Assembly: GCA_963664705.1 (NCBI GenBank) | Contig: OY761556.1 | Location: forward strand, 896,001-960,000 | Source: Acidobacteriota bacterium | GTDB lineage: Bacteria > Acidobacteriota > UBA6911 | Reading direction: 5' to 3' | Length of the DNA: 64,000 bases | Shown here: positions 9,978 through 19,302 of the stretch, piece by piece | How positions within the stretch are numbered: position 1 is the stretch's first letter | How the letters are laid out: every line of letters starts with the position of its first letter | The notes under the pieces: generated by a model | Database searches by the model: none | Seen by the model: only the letters and a program-made list of their open reading frames with translations | What the model was told of the DNA's origin: nothing | Made by a program: the position numbers and the translations under genes

Positions 9978-11669
9978 TTGTTCAGAACCTTCGTGCGTCC
10001 GCTTATGGTTATACAATCGTCCCGGTGGCGTAAAAGCGCCTGCATTTTGTCTGCGCTCGCGTTTTTTCTGCTTTGCATCAATGCGGCATTGCTTTCCTGG
10101 CTCGGCGGCTACGACGTCCGTTTGGGGAATATGCACATCTCCGCCCACGGATTGTTCAAGCCTCTGCTGATGCTGAATGGAAGCTTTATCCTGATGCTAA
10201 TGGCTTGGGGGAGACTCGGGCGCAGCCTTTGTCCGCGGGATGATGTGCCCTCTATGTCCCTCCGGGATTGGGCGTGGATAGGAAGTGCCATTGTGGCGCT
10301 TGTATCCTCGCTTTACCTGTCTTCCGCGCTAATCAATATAAATCATCCGGACTGGACACACCGCCATATCAGTTCGGGGATTCACTCGCTTAGTGATGCC
10401 TGGCAACTATTCATCGGCAAACAGGCCGATGGATTTTGCCGCCCGCTAACCTTTGTCTCTCTCTGGGTAGACTATCGGATGTTTGGGTCATGGTATCCGG
10501 GGTATCACATCCAGAGCATTGTATTGCACATTCTGAATTCCCTGTTGGTTGTGACTCTTGCCGGAACCATGAGATTTGGGCGAATTCCATCCATGTGGGC
10601 GGGACTGCTTTTTGCCGCGACGTCCGTCGGATTTGAGCCTGTTCTGTGGCCTGCGGCCAGGTTTGATTTATTGGCCGCAGCGTTCACTCTTGCCGCATTT
10701 ATCTTTGCTATCAGGTATTTTCGTGATCCGGCCTTATGGACATGGGAACTGGTGCTGTCCAATGGGTTTTATGCGGCTGGGATTTTGAGCAAAGAAAGCA
10801 GCTATGCGCTCCCTTTCCTAGTGTTGGCGGTTGTGGGCTTCTATCCTGTTTGGTCTTTGCTGCGGCCGAGGTTTTTCAAGTGGCTGGCGTATTTTGCCTG
10901 TTCCACGGTTATTAGTGCGCTTGCCGTGTGTGCCCGGATAGCAATTTATGGAAATCTGGGCGGGTATTCAGGCACGACAAATTGGGCGTCCCCTCATTTT
11001 GTGCCCGGATTCAGGACGATTGGGTCTCTGTTGAGAGTTCTGCCCCTTTCGATTTTGGGTGTCAACACAACTGCTTTTGCGCCGCGCTGGGCGACCATCG
11101 GGCTGATCCTCTTTATCATCTTTCTTGTTGTCGCCGCCCTCATTTGTCGCGGCAATTTTCAGCTTCAAGAGTATTTGCTGGCGGGTTGGACCCTGATTGC
11201 TGCAATCCCGGTTATGAATATTGTCTCCTGGATCGGCTCTTCCATGCAACACAGTCGATACCTATACCTGCCCGCGGTTTTCGCCGCGCTGATGATGGCA
11301 TCTGTTCTCAATCGGGGGCGGTTCTCCAGCCTCTTGCTGACGGGATACCTTCTGCTGAGTGCAGCTGGAGTACTGACCAATATTCAGGGCTATAAGAGGG
11401 CGCTTGCCAGAACCGAAATTATCGCTGAATCGGTGCGTATGGAATGGCTAAGGAATCCAGAAGCGCGCAGGATCTGCATTGTGGGCCTTCCAGAACATGT
11501 CGATGGCGTTTTTTATTTTGGGTCGGAATTGATCGAGAGAGTAAAGGGTAAAGTCCCGCGGGCAGAGATCGTGCGAGTAGAATCCAATCAGGTTGGGACT
11601 GAACCAAAATCCACATCCATTTACAGGTGGAGCCCGGCGAAGCATGACTTGGTTCGTATCGGGTCATAG
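9978..11669 (+). CDS. polytopic membrane protein, GT-C/TMTC-like glycosyltransferase
   Basis: GFCRPL (YRPL-like), YHIQSIVLHILN, EPVLWPAARFDLL, LSKES and RYLYLP motifs. Start uncertain (9978 TTG or 10005 ATG). Confidence 0.65.
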   Translation: MFRTFVRPLMVIQSSRWRKSACILSALAFFLLCINAALLSWLGGYDVRLGNMHISAHGLFKPLLMLNGSFILMLMAWGRLGRSLCPRDDVPSMSLRDWAWIGSAIVALVSSLYLSSALININHPDWTHRHISSGIHSLSDAWQLFIGKQADGFCRPLTFVSLWVDYRMFGSWYPGYHIQSIVLHILNSLLVVTLAGTMRFGRIPSMWAGLLFAATSVGFEPVLWPAARFDLLAAAFTLAAFIFAIRYFRDPALWTWELVLSNGFYAAGILSKESSYALPFLVLAVVGFYPVWSLLRPRFFKWLAYFACSTVISALAVCARIAIYGNLGGYSGTTNWASPHFVPGFRTIGSLLRVLPLSILGVNTTAFAPRWATIGLILFIIFLVVAALICRGNFQLQEYLLAGWTLIAAIPVMNIVSWIGSSMQHSRYLYLPAVFAALMMASVLNRGRFSSLLLTGYLLLSAAGVLTNIQGYKRALARTEIIAESVRMEWLRNPEARRICIVGLPEHVDGVFYFGSELIERVKGKVPRAEIVRVESNQVGTEPKSTSIYRWSPAKHDLVRIGS

Positions 11670-11711
11670 CCGGATGCGCCTGCGCTCCCAATAGGTGCCC
11701 CGGTCTTGGTC

Positions 11712-11753
11712 TGGAATCTGAAATCTGGAATCTGGAATCTGAAATCTGGAATC
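11712..11753. repeat. heptamer tandem repeat (TGRAATC)6
   Basis: TGGAATC TGAAATC TGGAATC TGGAATC TGAAATC TGGAATC between convergent genes. Confidence 0.9.
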
Positions 11754-11775
11754 CTGCGAATAATCCGCGGCATCA

Positions 11776-11797
11776 GGCGAGACGCCGGCGTTCCCAG
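11776..11797. repeat. REP-like element, family A (GGCGAGACGCCGGCGTTCCCAG)
   Basis: Similar copies at 19779-19825, 40731-40755 and 43398-43415. Confidence 0.7.
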
Positions 11798-11806
11798 TAA
11801 GACTTA

Positions 11807-12343
11807 TTAAAGCACCAGCGCATAACAGAAAACGTCAAGCGGGGTTGCGGCATTCAGGTTGGGGAACTCCGAATGACGGTGCAGAATTCCTTCTCGAAGG
11901 AATCCGTTCTTTTGCAGCACGCCGCAGGAAGCCAGGTTTTTCGTGTGGCAAAGGGCATACAGCCGCACCAACCCAAGATGCCGCGCGATCTCGACTACTG
12001 AACCCAGGGCCTCTGTTGCGAATCCTTTTCCCCAGGCATCTTTGGCCAGTACGTAGCCGGTTGATGCGCGATAGGATGTTTCGAAGCCGAATCCGGTGCT
12101 GCCAAGAACGGAGCCGGTTTCCCGGGATACTATGATATAGGGGCCGGCAGGCCATCTTTCCCATTCCGCGGAGCTGAATGCCAGGAACATCTCCGCGTCC
12201 CTGATAGAATGATGCTTTGGCCAGCTCAGATAGCGGGTCACATCTTCATCGCTGGAGTAGCGATGGAAAATGGCCTCCGCATCTTCAGGACGTGGTTTCC
12301 GCAAAACCAGCCTCCGGGTTTCAACATATTCAGGGGCTCTCAT
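11807..12343 (-). CDS. GNAT N-acetyltransferase (RimJ/RimL family)
   Basis: ETRRLVLRKP, WGKGFATEA and NLASCGVLQKNGF motifs. Confidence 0.88.
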   Translation of the reverse strand: MRAPEYVETRRLVLRKPRPEDAEAIFHRYSSDEDVTRYLSWPKHHSIRDAEMFLAFSSAEWERWPAGPYIIVSRETGSVLGSTGFGFETSYRASTGYVLAKDAWGKGFATEALGSVVEIARHLGLVRLYALCHTKNLASCGVLQKNGFLREGILHRHSEFPNLNAATPLDVFCYALVL

Positions 12344-12419
12344 AGCAGCCCTTCTATCGCAGGCTGCTTCTTTTTGTCAAACTGAAAGCTGTTCCGCCCA
12401 TCATTGGTTCATTTGCACA

Positions 12420-12470
12420 ATTCGCGAAACTCGTGGCATACCTCTCTGATCTGCCAGGAATTTCGCGAAT
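12420..12470. repeat. palindromic doublet, family B (GCCACGRATTTCRCGAA-like)
   Basis: ATTCGCGAAACTCGTGGCA ... TGCCAGGAATTTCGCGAAT inverted pair with 2 mismatches; relatives at 39643 and 63378. Confidence 0.6.
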
Positions 12471-12500
12471 ATTGCGCTTCATCGCCTAATGGCAAACAAA

Positions 12501-13697
12501 CTAGTTTCTGAGCAGGAAGACATCCCAAGCCCATTTATTGATACTCGAATTTGCCTTGGTTTGCACCTTAGCCCGATACCGGAGTTGATTCCCGTACTCA
12601 TCCACTTTTTTGGATAACTTGTAGTCCAGGCTGATGCTCACTATCCCGGATGCATCCAGGCTGAATAATTCATCCGGTTCCGATACTCCGTTGTGATTTC
12701 TGTCGCGCCACAACTGGAGTTCTGTATAGATCGGGTCCTCGCTATCAATGACGCCATTGCCGTTGCCTCCCTTTTCGATTGTGTCATAGACAGCCAGGGC
12801 CAGGAATCCGTTTGGTTCCGATCCCTGCGGCGGATCCGGCTGGGGTGTGTAATTGCCAAATAGTTCAGTGCCATCGTCGACCATGCCGTTATGGTTTCGA
12901 TCCAGGCAAAGCCAGGCATCGTCCGTGTTTACTTTGGTCCATGAAAGCTGTTCCCTGGTTCCGTCAGAGTCGAGATCAAAGAGGACTCCATCATCTCTGG
13001 ATGTGAGCTCCAGGACTCCCTTTCCCATGCCGATCAATATCGGGGAATTAATGCAACGAGGCTCGAGAAAATCCATCGACCCGTTGCAGTTTGCATCATA
13101 TCCCGGATAGCAGACAGGAGGAGCGCCGGGATAAATAAACGGGACGTAATCGTTGCAGTCATCGCCTCCGGCACTTATCGCCCGATGCCCATCTTGATCC
13201 ATATCGCTTGACGGGCAGCCGTTGCAGGTGTGAGTGATGCCGATATAGCGCAGCGGCCCGGTGGCTCCGGTGCAATAGACTGCCGACACATACGACATGA
13301 TGGAACACCACTGCATAATAACGCCGGTTCCATTATCCGCCGCCGCAGAATAGTAGTTTCTGCTGGTCATGACGGGAGAATAAAAGTCTGGCCAGCAATC
13401 CCTGTGATACCAGGGCGCTCCTATCCAGTCTTTCATGCAGCTCGCCGCGCAGGCAGATCGCCCATAGGCAGTCAGCCAGGCACTTTGGAGTTGCCCATCA
13501 GGCCACAAAATCGTGTGCTGCGTTGTTTTGCGGATTACATCGATACAAAATTCCCCGGGTGAAGCGCCACCACAAGGGTTATACAGTTCTACATTGTGGA
13601 CTGTCGAGACCGGCACGCAATTCGTGCAGTCCTGACCATTCAATGGCGTAACACATGCCGCCAAGACCAAAAGGGATACAAGAAGTTTCGCGTTCAT
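12501..13697 (-). CDS. secreted Cys-rich protein with a MopE-like metal-binding motif and a C-terminal FrpC self-processing-module-like Ca-binding domain
   Basis: Signal peptide (possible lipobox LAAC); many Cys; DMDQDG..DDCND..IYPGA..C..DANCNG; then SPILI..FDLDSDG..W..LDRNHNG.VDDG.ELFG..GF.AL..W.D.NHNG.SE..EL. Confidence 0.75.
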   Translation of the reverse strand: MNAKLLVSLLVLAACVTPLNGQDCTNCVPVSTVHNVELYNPCGGASPGEFCIDVIRKTTQHTILWPDGQLQSAWLTAYGRSACAASCMKDWIGAPWYHRDCWPDFYSPVMTSRNYYSAAADNGTGVIMQWCSIMSYVSAVYCTGATGPLRYIGITHTCNGCPSSDMDQDGHRAISAGGDDCNDYVPFIYPGAPPVCYPGYDANCNGSMDFLEPRCINSPILIGMGKGVLELTSRDDGVLFDLDSDGTREQLSWTKVNTDDAWLCLDRNHNGMVDDGTELFGNYTPQPDPPQGSEPNGFLALAVYDTIEKGGNGNGVIDSEDPIYTELQLWRDRNHNGVSEPDELFSLDASGIVSISLDYKLSKKVDEYGNQLRYRAKVQTKANSSINKWAWDVFLLRN

Positions 13698-14503
13698 TAG
13701 CGACCTCCCTGTGTCTTGTCGAGCAATGAAAGCGCCCGCGTGTTTTGCGCGTCATACTGCTCCTGCAAAATAGATAGGATTGCGGCTCTTGAGGCATGCT
13801 CGTCGTTGGCCGATATGACAGGAAATTGCTTCACCGCTTCAATCTGGTGCATGGCCTTTTCCCTGGCGGTGGAAACTCCCCACAACACCGCGTCCCGGGA
13901 TTTCTCCCCGGATTTACGGAGAGAATCCAGCTGGATTCCCGGCACGATGGTGCCGGCCAATGACATGAATGCATCTTCGGCGGAGAGGGGCAATTTTCCT
14001 AATTTCTGCAGCAGAGCGTTCATGCTGGCATCATCCTGGGTTGAACGTCGACTCCGGAGTATCTCCTTTACACGAGAGCTCTCGAGAATTTGTCCCAGCC
14101 GATGACATTGCATCACTTCCAGTTGTGTCTGATCTCCTTTGCCGCTGCCATCATCAAAAATTGCCGCAGAAATCTCGACCTTTCGGTCTGCGGCATGTTC
14201 GTGGGATATTGTCAGGTTAAAGGATTGTCCTGGAGCGAGGCCGGAAGGCTCGGCATTGAGCCAGTCCTGATAATAGTGCGCATCCGCCTTGAAGGACAGC
14301 GCGACAGCCGTGATCACGTCTGTCGATTTGTTTTTAAAGGATAGCGTCCACATTGGACCGCTCTCATCAATGGATGCCAATTCGATAGCCTGGGTCCGAT
14401 CTGTTGTCCGCCATGAGGACAAATCATCTTTGGCTCCTGCCAGCAAATCTAGCGAGCAGAGGATCAGACAGGCTGTGACACAAAACGAAAACCTGGTGAG
14501 CAT
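13697..14503 (-). CDS. hypothetical secreted protein, translationally coupled to the downstream Cys-rich protein
   Basis: Signal peptide; AAGGAG RBS; stop overlaps the next start (TAATG at 13697). Confidence 0.7.
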   Translation of the reverse strand: MLTRFSFCVTACLILCSLDLLAGAKDDLSSWRTTDRTQAIELASIDESGPMWTLSFKNKSTDVITAVALSFKADAHYYQDWLNAEPSGLAPGQSFNLTISHEHAADRKVEISAAIFDDGSGKGDQTQLEVMQCHRLGQILESSRVKEILRSRRSTQDDASMNALLQKLGKLPLSAEDAFMSLAGTIVPGIQLDSLRKSGEKSRDAVLWGVSTAREKAMHQIEAVKQFPVISANDEHASRAAILSILQEQYDAQNTRALSLLDKTQGGR

Positions 14504-14702
14504 ATTTCGTCTCCTTCCGAGTTGATGGATTAAAACCTGAGGGATGCGCCAGTTCCGGCGATTACTGGGTCCTGCGCGGATATTGTTTCTGCCGGCAGAG
14601 ACTTATTTCAGGAAATCTGAAGTGCGGCCGCCCAATCAATAGATCGATGGTTGCCGTTGCCAACTGAATCCGCAAACGGTCATAATGAACTTGAGGTGGA
14701 CA

Positions 14703-15461
14703 ATGCAGATCGTCATGCGTACGGCATTTGCCGACAACTACATATTCTTGCTCCCTGAGGATGAAGGATCCGGCGTTGCCGTCGTTGATCCAGGGCTTGC
14801 AGAACCTGTCGAAGCGTACCTGCAAAGCACAGGCCGGTGTCTCACGGCGATCCTCAATACGCACCATCATCATGACCACACCGGTGGCAACCGGAAATTG
14901 CTCGAGGCCTACCCCGATATTGCCGTTTATGGCGGGGCAGGAGATCGAGGCCGCATTCCCGGGCAAACGCATTTTGTTCGGGAGGGAGACCGCATCTCTC
15001 TTTCAGGAATGGAGGCAATGGTCCTGGATGTACCTGGACACACGCGTGCTCATATCGCCTATTACGTCGCCGGGATTGATGGGGAAGGAGACCTGTTTTC
15101 CGGCGATACGGTTTTTGGCGGGACGATAGGAAATCTCTTCGAAGGCACTCCGGATACGATGTTTGAATCCATACGAAAAATCAGGAGCCTGCCGCGAAAG
15201 ACTCGAATCTGGGCCGCCCATGAATACACGCTTCAGTTTGTTCGAGAGGCCGCGCGGCTGGATCCCAACAATGCCTGCCTTGTATCGCGGTTGAAAAGGC
15301 TCGAGGAGGAAGCTCGCGTCGGGAAACCCTCGATCCCGCTGACGCTGCAGGAGGAATGCTGCACCAATCCATTTTTCCGCTGGGATGATCCTGCCCTGGC
15401 AAAATCTCTTTCCAAAACGCCGGGGCTGGAGACATTCCGGCATCTGTGTGAGATCACCTAA
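14703..15461 (+). CDS. gloB: hydroxyacylglutathione hydrolase (glyoxalase II)
   Basis: DNYIF, THHHHDHTGG, PGHT, FSGDT, AHEYT and TNPF motifs. Confidence 0.9.
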   Translation: MQIVMRTAFADNYIFLLPEDEGSGVAVVDPGLAEPVEAYLQSTGRCLTAILNTHHHHDHTGGNRKLLEAYPDIAVYGGAGDRGRIPGQTHFVREGDRISLSGMEAMVLDVPGHTRAHIAYYVAGIDGEGDLFSGDTVFGGTIGNLFEGTPDTMFESIRKIRSLPRKTRIWAAHEYTLQFVREAARLDPNNACLVSRLKRLEEEARVGKPSIPLTLQEECCTNPFFRWDDPALAKSLSKTPGLETFRHLCEIT

Positions 15462-15610
15462 AACCAAAAAGGACGAGTTTCCGGCTTTGCGGCGGAGGGA
15501 TGGCTTTTCCGGCTCGCCCCCCCTTCCAAAGACTATCGTGGCAAATATCGCAAATTCGAAGCGCATGTCATTATGGTACTTCCGAACATGCAGGTTATCG
15601 GTGCTTACGC

Positions 15611-15904
15611 TCACCGAAAGGTCCGCCGCGTAATGTCCTGAGTCGCATCAGGCATCGTTTGACGCCCTGTCGGCTTTCCATTCAGTAGACGCACTTCGGC
15701 ATATAAAAATCCTACCGGAGGCCAACCTGCAGATACAAAATTCATGACGGTCTCCGAGGGGGCGACCGAGCCAAATGGTACCGGCTGGGCCGACAGGTTT
15801 ATGGAAGGCATGACGAGGTGACAGGCCCAGGCAATCCATTGTGCATATATGCTTCCAAGCAGAACTGCACAGAGGCAAAGCACCACAATGCGCTCCTTCT
15901 TCAT
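15611..15904 (-). CDS. small putative secreted protein or gene remnant
   Basis: AAGGGAGA RBS 7 nt before the ATG; signal-peptide-like MKKERIVVLCLCAVLLGSIYA; no recognisable family. Confidence 0.35.
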   Translation of the reverse strand: MKKERIVVLCLCAVLLGSIYAQWIAWACHLVMPSINLSAQPVPFGSVAPSETVMNFVSAGWPPVGFLYAEVRLLNGKPTGRQTMPDATQDITRRTFR

Positions 15905-15953
15905 CTGCCAATCTCCCTTTTTTTGCAGCCTGACGTCCATCCATTGGAGTCAA

Positions 15954-15987
15954 TTGCAAAATGCGATATATATATTGCAATATGCAA
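15954..15987. promoter_or_regulatory. 34-bp imperfect AT-rich palindrome (putative operator)
   Basis: TTGCAAAATGCGATATATATATTGCAATATGCAA in the divergent intergenic region. Confidence 0.5.
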
Positions 15988-16322
15988 TAACTGTCAACGG
16001 GAATCGGTTTGGGGGAAGCGAGAAAGCGCGAGGTGATTTAGATAAGTTGTTATTATGCAACTAAATACGGTTATAATTGTAAAAGTCGATTTTCGAGGGA
16101 TCGGAGAAGGTGGGCAGGGGCAGCAATGGATACTGTTCTTGGATCTTCGAGGGACGGGGATGCGAAAGAAGGAGCTTGGCCGCATGCGGATTCGGATACT
16201 GTCCACACAAAAATCCGGAGTGACGCCATAATTGATTTTTTTGCCCGGTACCCTTTGCCTATACTGTGGACGCGGTATTTCTGGAATGCTGCCCATAACA
16301 AAGCTGCTTCAGGAGAAGATGG

Positions 16323-17855
16323 ATGAGCGTATCGAACAACATCATGGTGGAGACAGATTGCGGGAAACTCGAGGGCGTGTACGAGAGAGGCCTCTATACA
16401 TTCAAAGGTGTGCCCTATGCGGCACCGCCTGTGGGAGAGCTGCGCTGGCTTCCTCCGCAGCCACCTGTGGCTTGGAAGGGAATCAGGCCAGCAACGGCCT
16501 ATGGTGCGATTTCGCCCCAGGATGCATCGATTCTGCCGGTCCTGCCGTCCGTACCGGAGGAGCAGAGCGAAGACTGTCTTTTTCTGAATGTGTATTCGCC
16601 TGGCTTGGACCGTGGCCGGCGTCCGGTCATGGTTTGGATTCATGGCGGCGCATTTTCGATCGGCTCCGGTTCGACAGACATGTACACGACCGGCACCCTT
16701 GCCTCCAATAGCGACGTTGTATTGGTCACCATCAATTACCGCCTCGGTGTGCTGGGATTTCTTAACCTGAATGAGGTCACGAATGGCCGGATCCCATCTA
16801 CCGGGAACGAGGGATTGCTCGATCAGGTTGCCGCGCTGAAATGGGTGCAGCGAAACATTGCGGCCTTTGGAGGCGATCCGGACAATGTCACCGTATTTGG
16901 CGAGTCGGCCGGAGCCATGAGCATTGGATGCCTGCTGAATCTTCCTGCGGCGCAGGGCTTGTTCCAGCGGGCTATTCTCGAAAGCGCGGTTGGCGAAATG
17001 GCAAGGCCTTTGGATATGTCGGTTGAAATAACCGAACAGTTCCTCCGGCTTAGCGGTTTGAATCGAAATGATATTCCAGGCTTGCGATCCGCTTCCCCCG
17101 AAATACTGCTGCGTGCTCAACAGCAGACGGCACTGCAGATGGAGCAGGGAGCTGCGCCGGTGATCCCGGTCGCCGATGGCAAGGTAATGCCGATGATGCC
17201 GCTGGCTTCGCTGGAGGCTGGACGCGGAGCCAAGGTGCCGACGCTGGTCGGCTGCAACCTGGACGAAGACAAGTTCTTCTCTCTGATGAATCCGAAGCTT
17301 TTCAAAATAGATGAGGAAGGATTGCGGCAGCGCGCTGAAAAATATGTGAAATCGGAGGATGTGTCCCGGCTGCTGGATGTCTATCAGGCTGCCAGGGCAA
17401 AACGTGGAGAACCGATCGCATCCTTTGATTTGTTCTCGGCAATCAACACCGATGTCATGTTCAGGAGGACAGCCATTCGCGTTGCCGAGGCGCAGTGCAG
17501 ATTTGCTCCGGGCGGATATAACTATCTGTTTACCTGGAAATCGCCGGCTTCAGGCGGGAAGCTGGGAGCCTGCCACGTTCTCGAGGTCGCGTTTATCTTC
17601 GGAAACTATAATGCAACGTTTAATGGAAAAGGGCCGCAGGCGGATCAACTCTCCGGGCAAATGCAGGATGCCTGGACCAGTTTTGCGCGAACCGGGAAGC
17701 CGAGCTGCGCGCAGCTTGGCGAATGGCCTCAATATGGCGAAGAACGGGCAACGATGGTGCTTGATTCGAATTGCCGCGTGGAGAAAGCCGTTATGGAAGA
17801 GGAACGGCGGGTTTGGGAGACGCTGCACGAGCTGCAGTTCGCAAATATGCCCTGA
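16323..17855 (+). CDS. type-B carboxylesterase (pNB esterase-like)
   Basis: FKGVPYA, EDCLFLNV, WIHGGAF, FGESAG and GACHVLE motifs. Confidence 0.92.
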   Translation: MSVSNNIMVETDCGKLEGVYERGLYTFKGVPYAAPPVGELRWLPPQPPVAWKGIRPATAYGAISPQDASILPVLPSVPEEQSEDCLFLNVYSPGLDRGRRPVMVWIHGGAFSIGSGSTDMYTTGTLASNSDVVLVTINYRLGVLGFLNLNEVTNGRIPSTGNEGLLDQVAALKWVQRNIAAFGGDPDNVTVFGESAGAMSIGCLLNLPAAQGLFQRAILESAVGEMARPLDMSVEITEQFLRLSGLNRNDIPGLRSASPEILLRAQQQTALQMEQGAAPVIPVADGKVMPMMPLASLEAGRGAKVPTLVGCNLDEDKFFSLMNPKLFKIDEEGLRQRAEKYVKSEDVSRLLDVYQAARAKRGEPIASFDLFSAINTDVMFRRTAIRVAEAQCRFAPGGYNYLFTWKSPASGGKLGACHVLEVAFIFGNYNATFNGKGPQADQLSGQMQDAWTSFARTGKPSCAQLGEWPQYGEERATMVLDSNCRVEKAVMEEERRVWETLHELQFANMP

Positions 17856-17860
17856 TGGAA

Positions 17861-17900
17861 AACGGGCTCCCTGGTTCTGCCGAATGCCGGGGAGCCCGTT
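17861..17900. terminator. hairpin between convergent genes (probable bidirectional terminator)
   Basis: AACGGGCTCCCTGG ... CCGGGGAGCCCGTT. Confidence 0.65.
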
Positions 17901-17905
17901 GATGG

Positions 17906-18367
17906 CTACTTGTCTTCGATCTTTTGCCGCCTGCCAGCCCGAAATATTATGAGCAGTCCTATAAAAATCAGTATGGATGGCCACAAAAAGTTCCATCCCA
18001 TATTCCAGAACCACCAGTAGTACTGGTGAAAGAAGGGGATGTGTCGCAGAAGAAAGCTGAGTCCAAGAACGATCAGAATTACGCCAACAATCAATCCTCC
18101 GGTTTGACCTGTCCTGCCCGGGATTGGAGGGGGAGGAGGAACCGGGTCCACTCCGGATTGGTAATTGGGGGCGGCGGATTCCGGCGGCCGCTCCGGAATG
18201 ATGATCATGCCAATGATATATGCTATAAGCGATCCTCCGCCCACAAAGAGCAGGAGAACCGCAATGAGACGAACCAGCACCGGATCGACTTCGAGATACT
18301 CGGCGATGCCGCCGCAAACGCCCGCGATCACCTTGTTCTTTCTGCTTCTGTAGAGTCTCGTCATCAT
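17906..18367 (-). CDS. pspC: PspC domain membrane protein
   Basis: RLYRSRKNKVIAGVCGGIAEYL..DPVLVRL; Pro-rich linker; C-terminal LiaF/DUF5668-like TM segment. Confidence 0.85.
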   Translation of the reverse strand: MMTRLYRSRKNKVIAGVCGGIAEYLEVDPVLVRLIAVLLLFVGGGSLIAYIIGMIIIPERPPESAAPNYQSGVDPVPPPPPIPGRTGQTGGLIVGVILIVLGLSFLLRHIPFFHQYYWWFWNMGWNFLWPSILIFIGLLIIFRAGRRQKIEDK

Positions 18368-18590
18368 TGCCTCCTTGGCAGTCTATTCCCTATAACGAAA
18401 TAAGCATCCAAAGAGTTCAATCTCTCGTTTGAATGCAGCCGATTCCATGGCGGATGGAGTCGGGGGGCGCGCGCCTGATATAATGCCATAGTTCTTCTCT
18501 GCTTGTTCGGGTGAGTCTGGAGATAAATTGGATAGGGTCCCAGGCCTCAGGAGCCATGTATCGCGGACCTGTCCAAAGAAAGGCCTGAAA

Positions 18591-19292
18591 ATGAAGCTAA
18601 TGTTATTTGTGGCGATGGCGGTTCTTTGTGGTTCTTTTGCCGGTTGGGCCCAAACATCTTCGGAACCGGAAACCTTGAGACCCTTGGTTCGCGGCTTTTC
18701 GGCGGGACCAAATTCGGCGCCTTCCGATCGGCCATTTCATTTCGAGTTGAATCTTCCGAAGAGTTTTGAAAATGAAAATATTCCTTTTGCAGCAAACAGG
18801 GTCCCGGCATTGGAGACAGACGCATTGGAGACGCAAGCCACTGCCTCACGCCCGAAAACGTTTAACTATACCAAAGGCTATGCCACAAGACGAAAGATTC
18901 ACAAATATGCCAGCATCGCAACTTTGCCGCTGGCTGTCTCGGAAGCCATCGTTGGCCAGAAATTGATAGATAGCAGAAGTGATAGTTCCTTGCGCTCTGC
19001 GCATTCTGCCTTGGCTGCCGGGATTGGCGTGCTCTTTGGAGTCGAGAGCGTTACGGGTGTCTGGAATTTATGGGATGCCAGGAAACTCTCAAAAGGCAGA
19101 AGCCGGCGTCTGGTCCATGGCATTTTGATGCTGGCGGCAGATGCGGGATTTGTGGCAACCGCTGCCCTGGCTCCACACCATGAGGATGATGGGGGCATTC
19201 GAAGCGGGGATGCATCCGCGCATAGAGCGGTGGCCTATGCTTCATTCGGTGTTGCGACGACCAGTTATTTATATATGCTCTTTACAAAGTAA
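18591..19292 (+). CDS. hypothetical membrane protein with four His-bearing TM helices (cytochrome b561-like?)
   Basis: Signal peptide, then KIHKY, SAHSA, LVHGI and SAHRA, each at the start of a hydrophobic helix. Confidence 0.6.
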   Translation: MKLMLFVAMAVLCGSFAGWAQTSSEPETLRPLVRGFSAGPNSAPSDRPFHFELNLPKSFENENIPFAANRVPALETDALETQATASRPKTFNYTKGYATRRKIHKYASIATLPLAVSEAIVGQKLIDSRSDSSLRSAHSALAAGIGVLFGVESVTGVWNLWDARKLSKGRSRRLVHGILMLAADAGFVATAALAPHHEDDGGIRSGDASAHRAVAYASFGVATTSYLYMLFTK

Positions 19293-19302
19293 CCGGGGAT
19301 TT

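Noticed and set aside
16071-17120. 349-aa antisense ORF and similar long shadow ORFs (e.g. 6045-6797, 17550-18317, 48432-49193)
   Set aside because: They overlap well-supported genes on the opposite strand, have no motifs, and are expected in GC-rich DNA.
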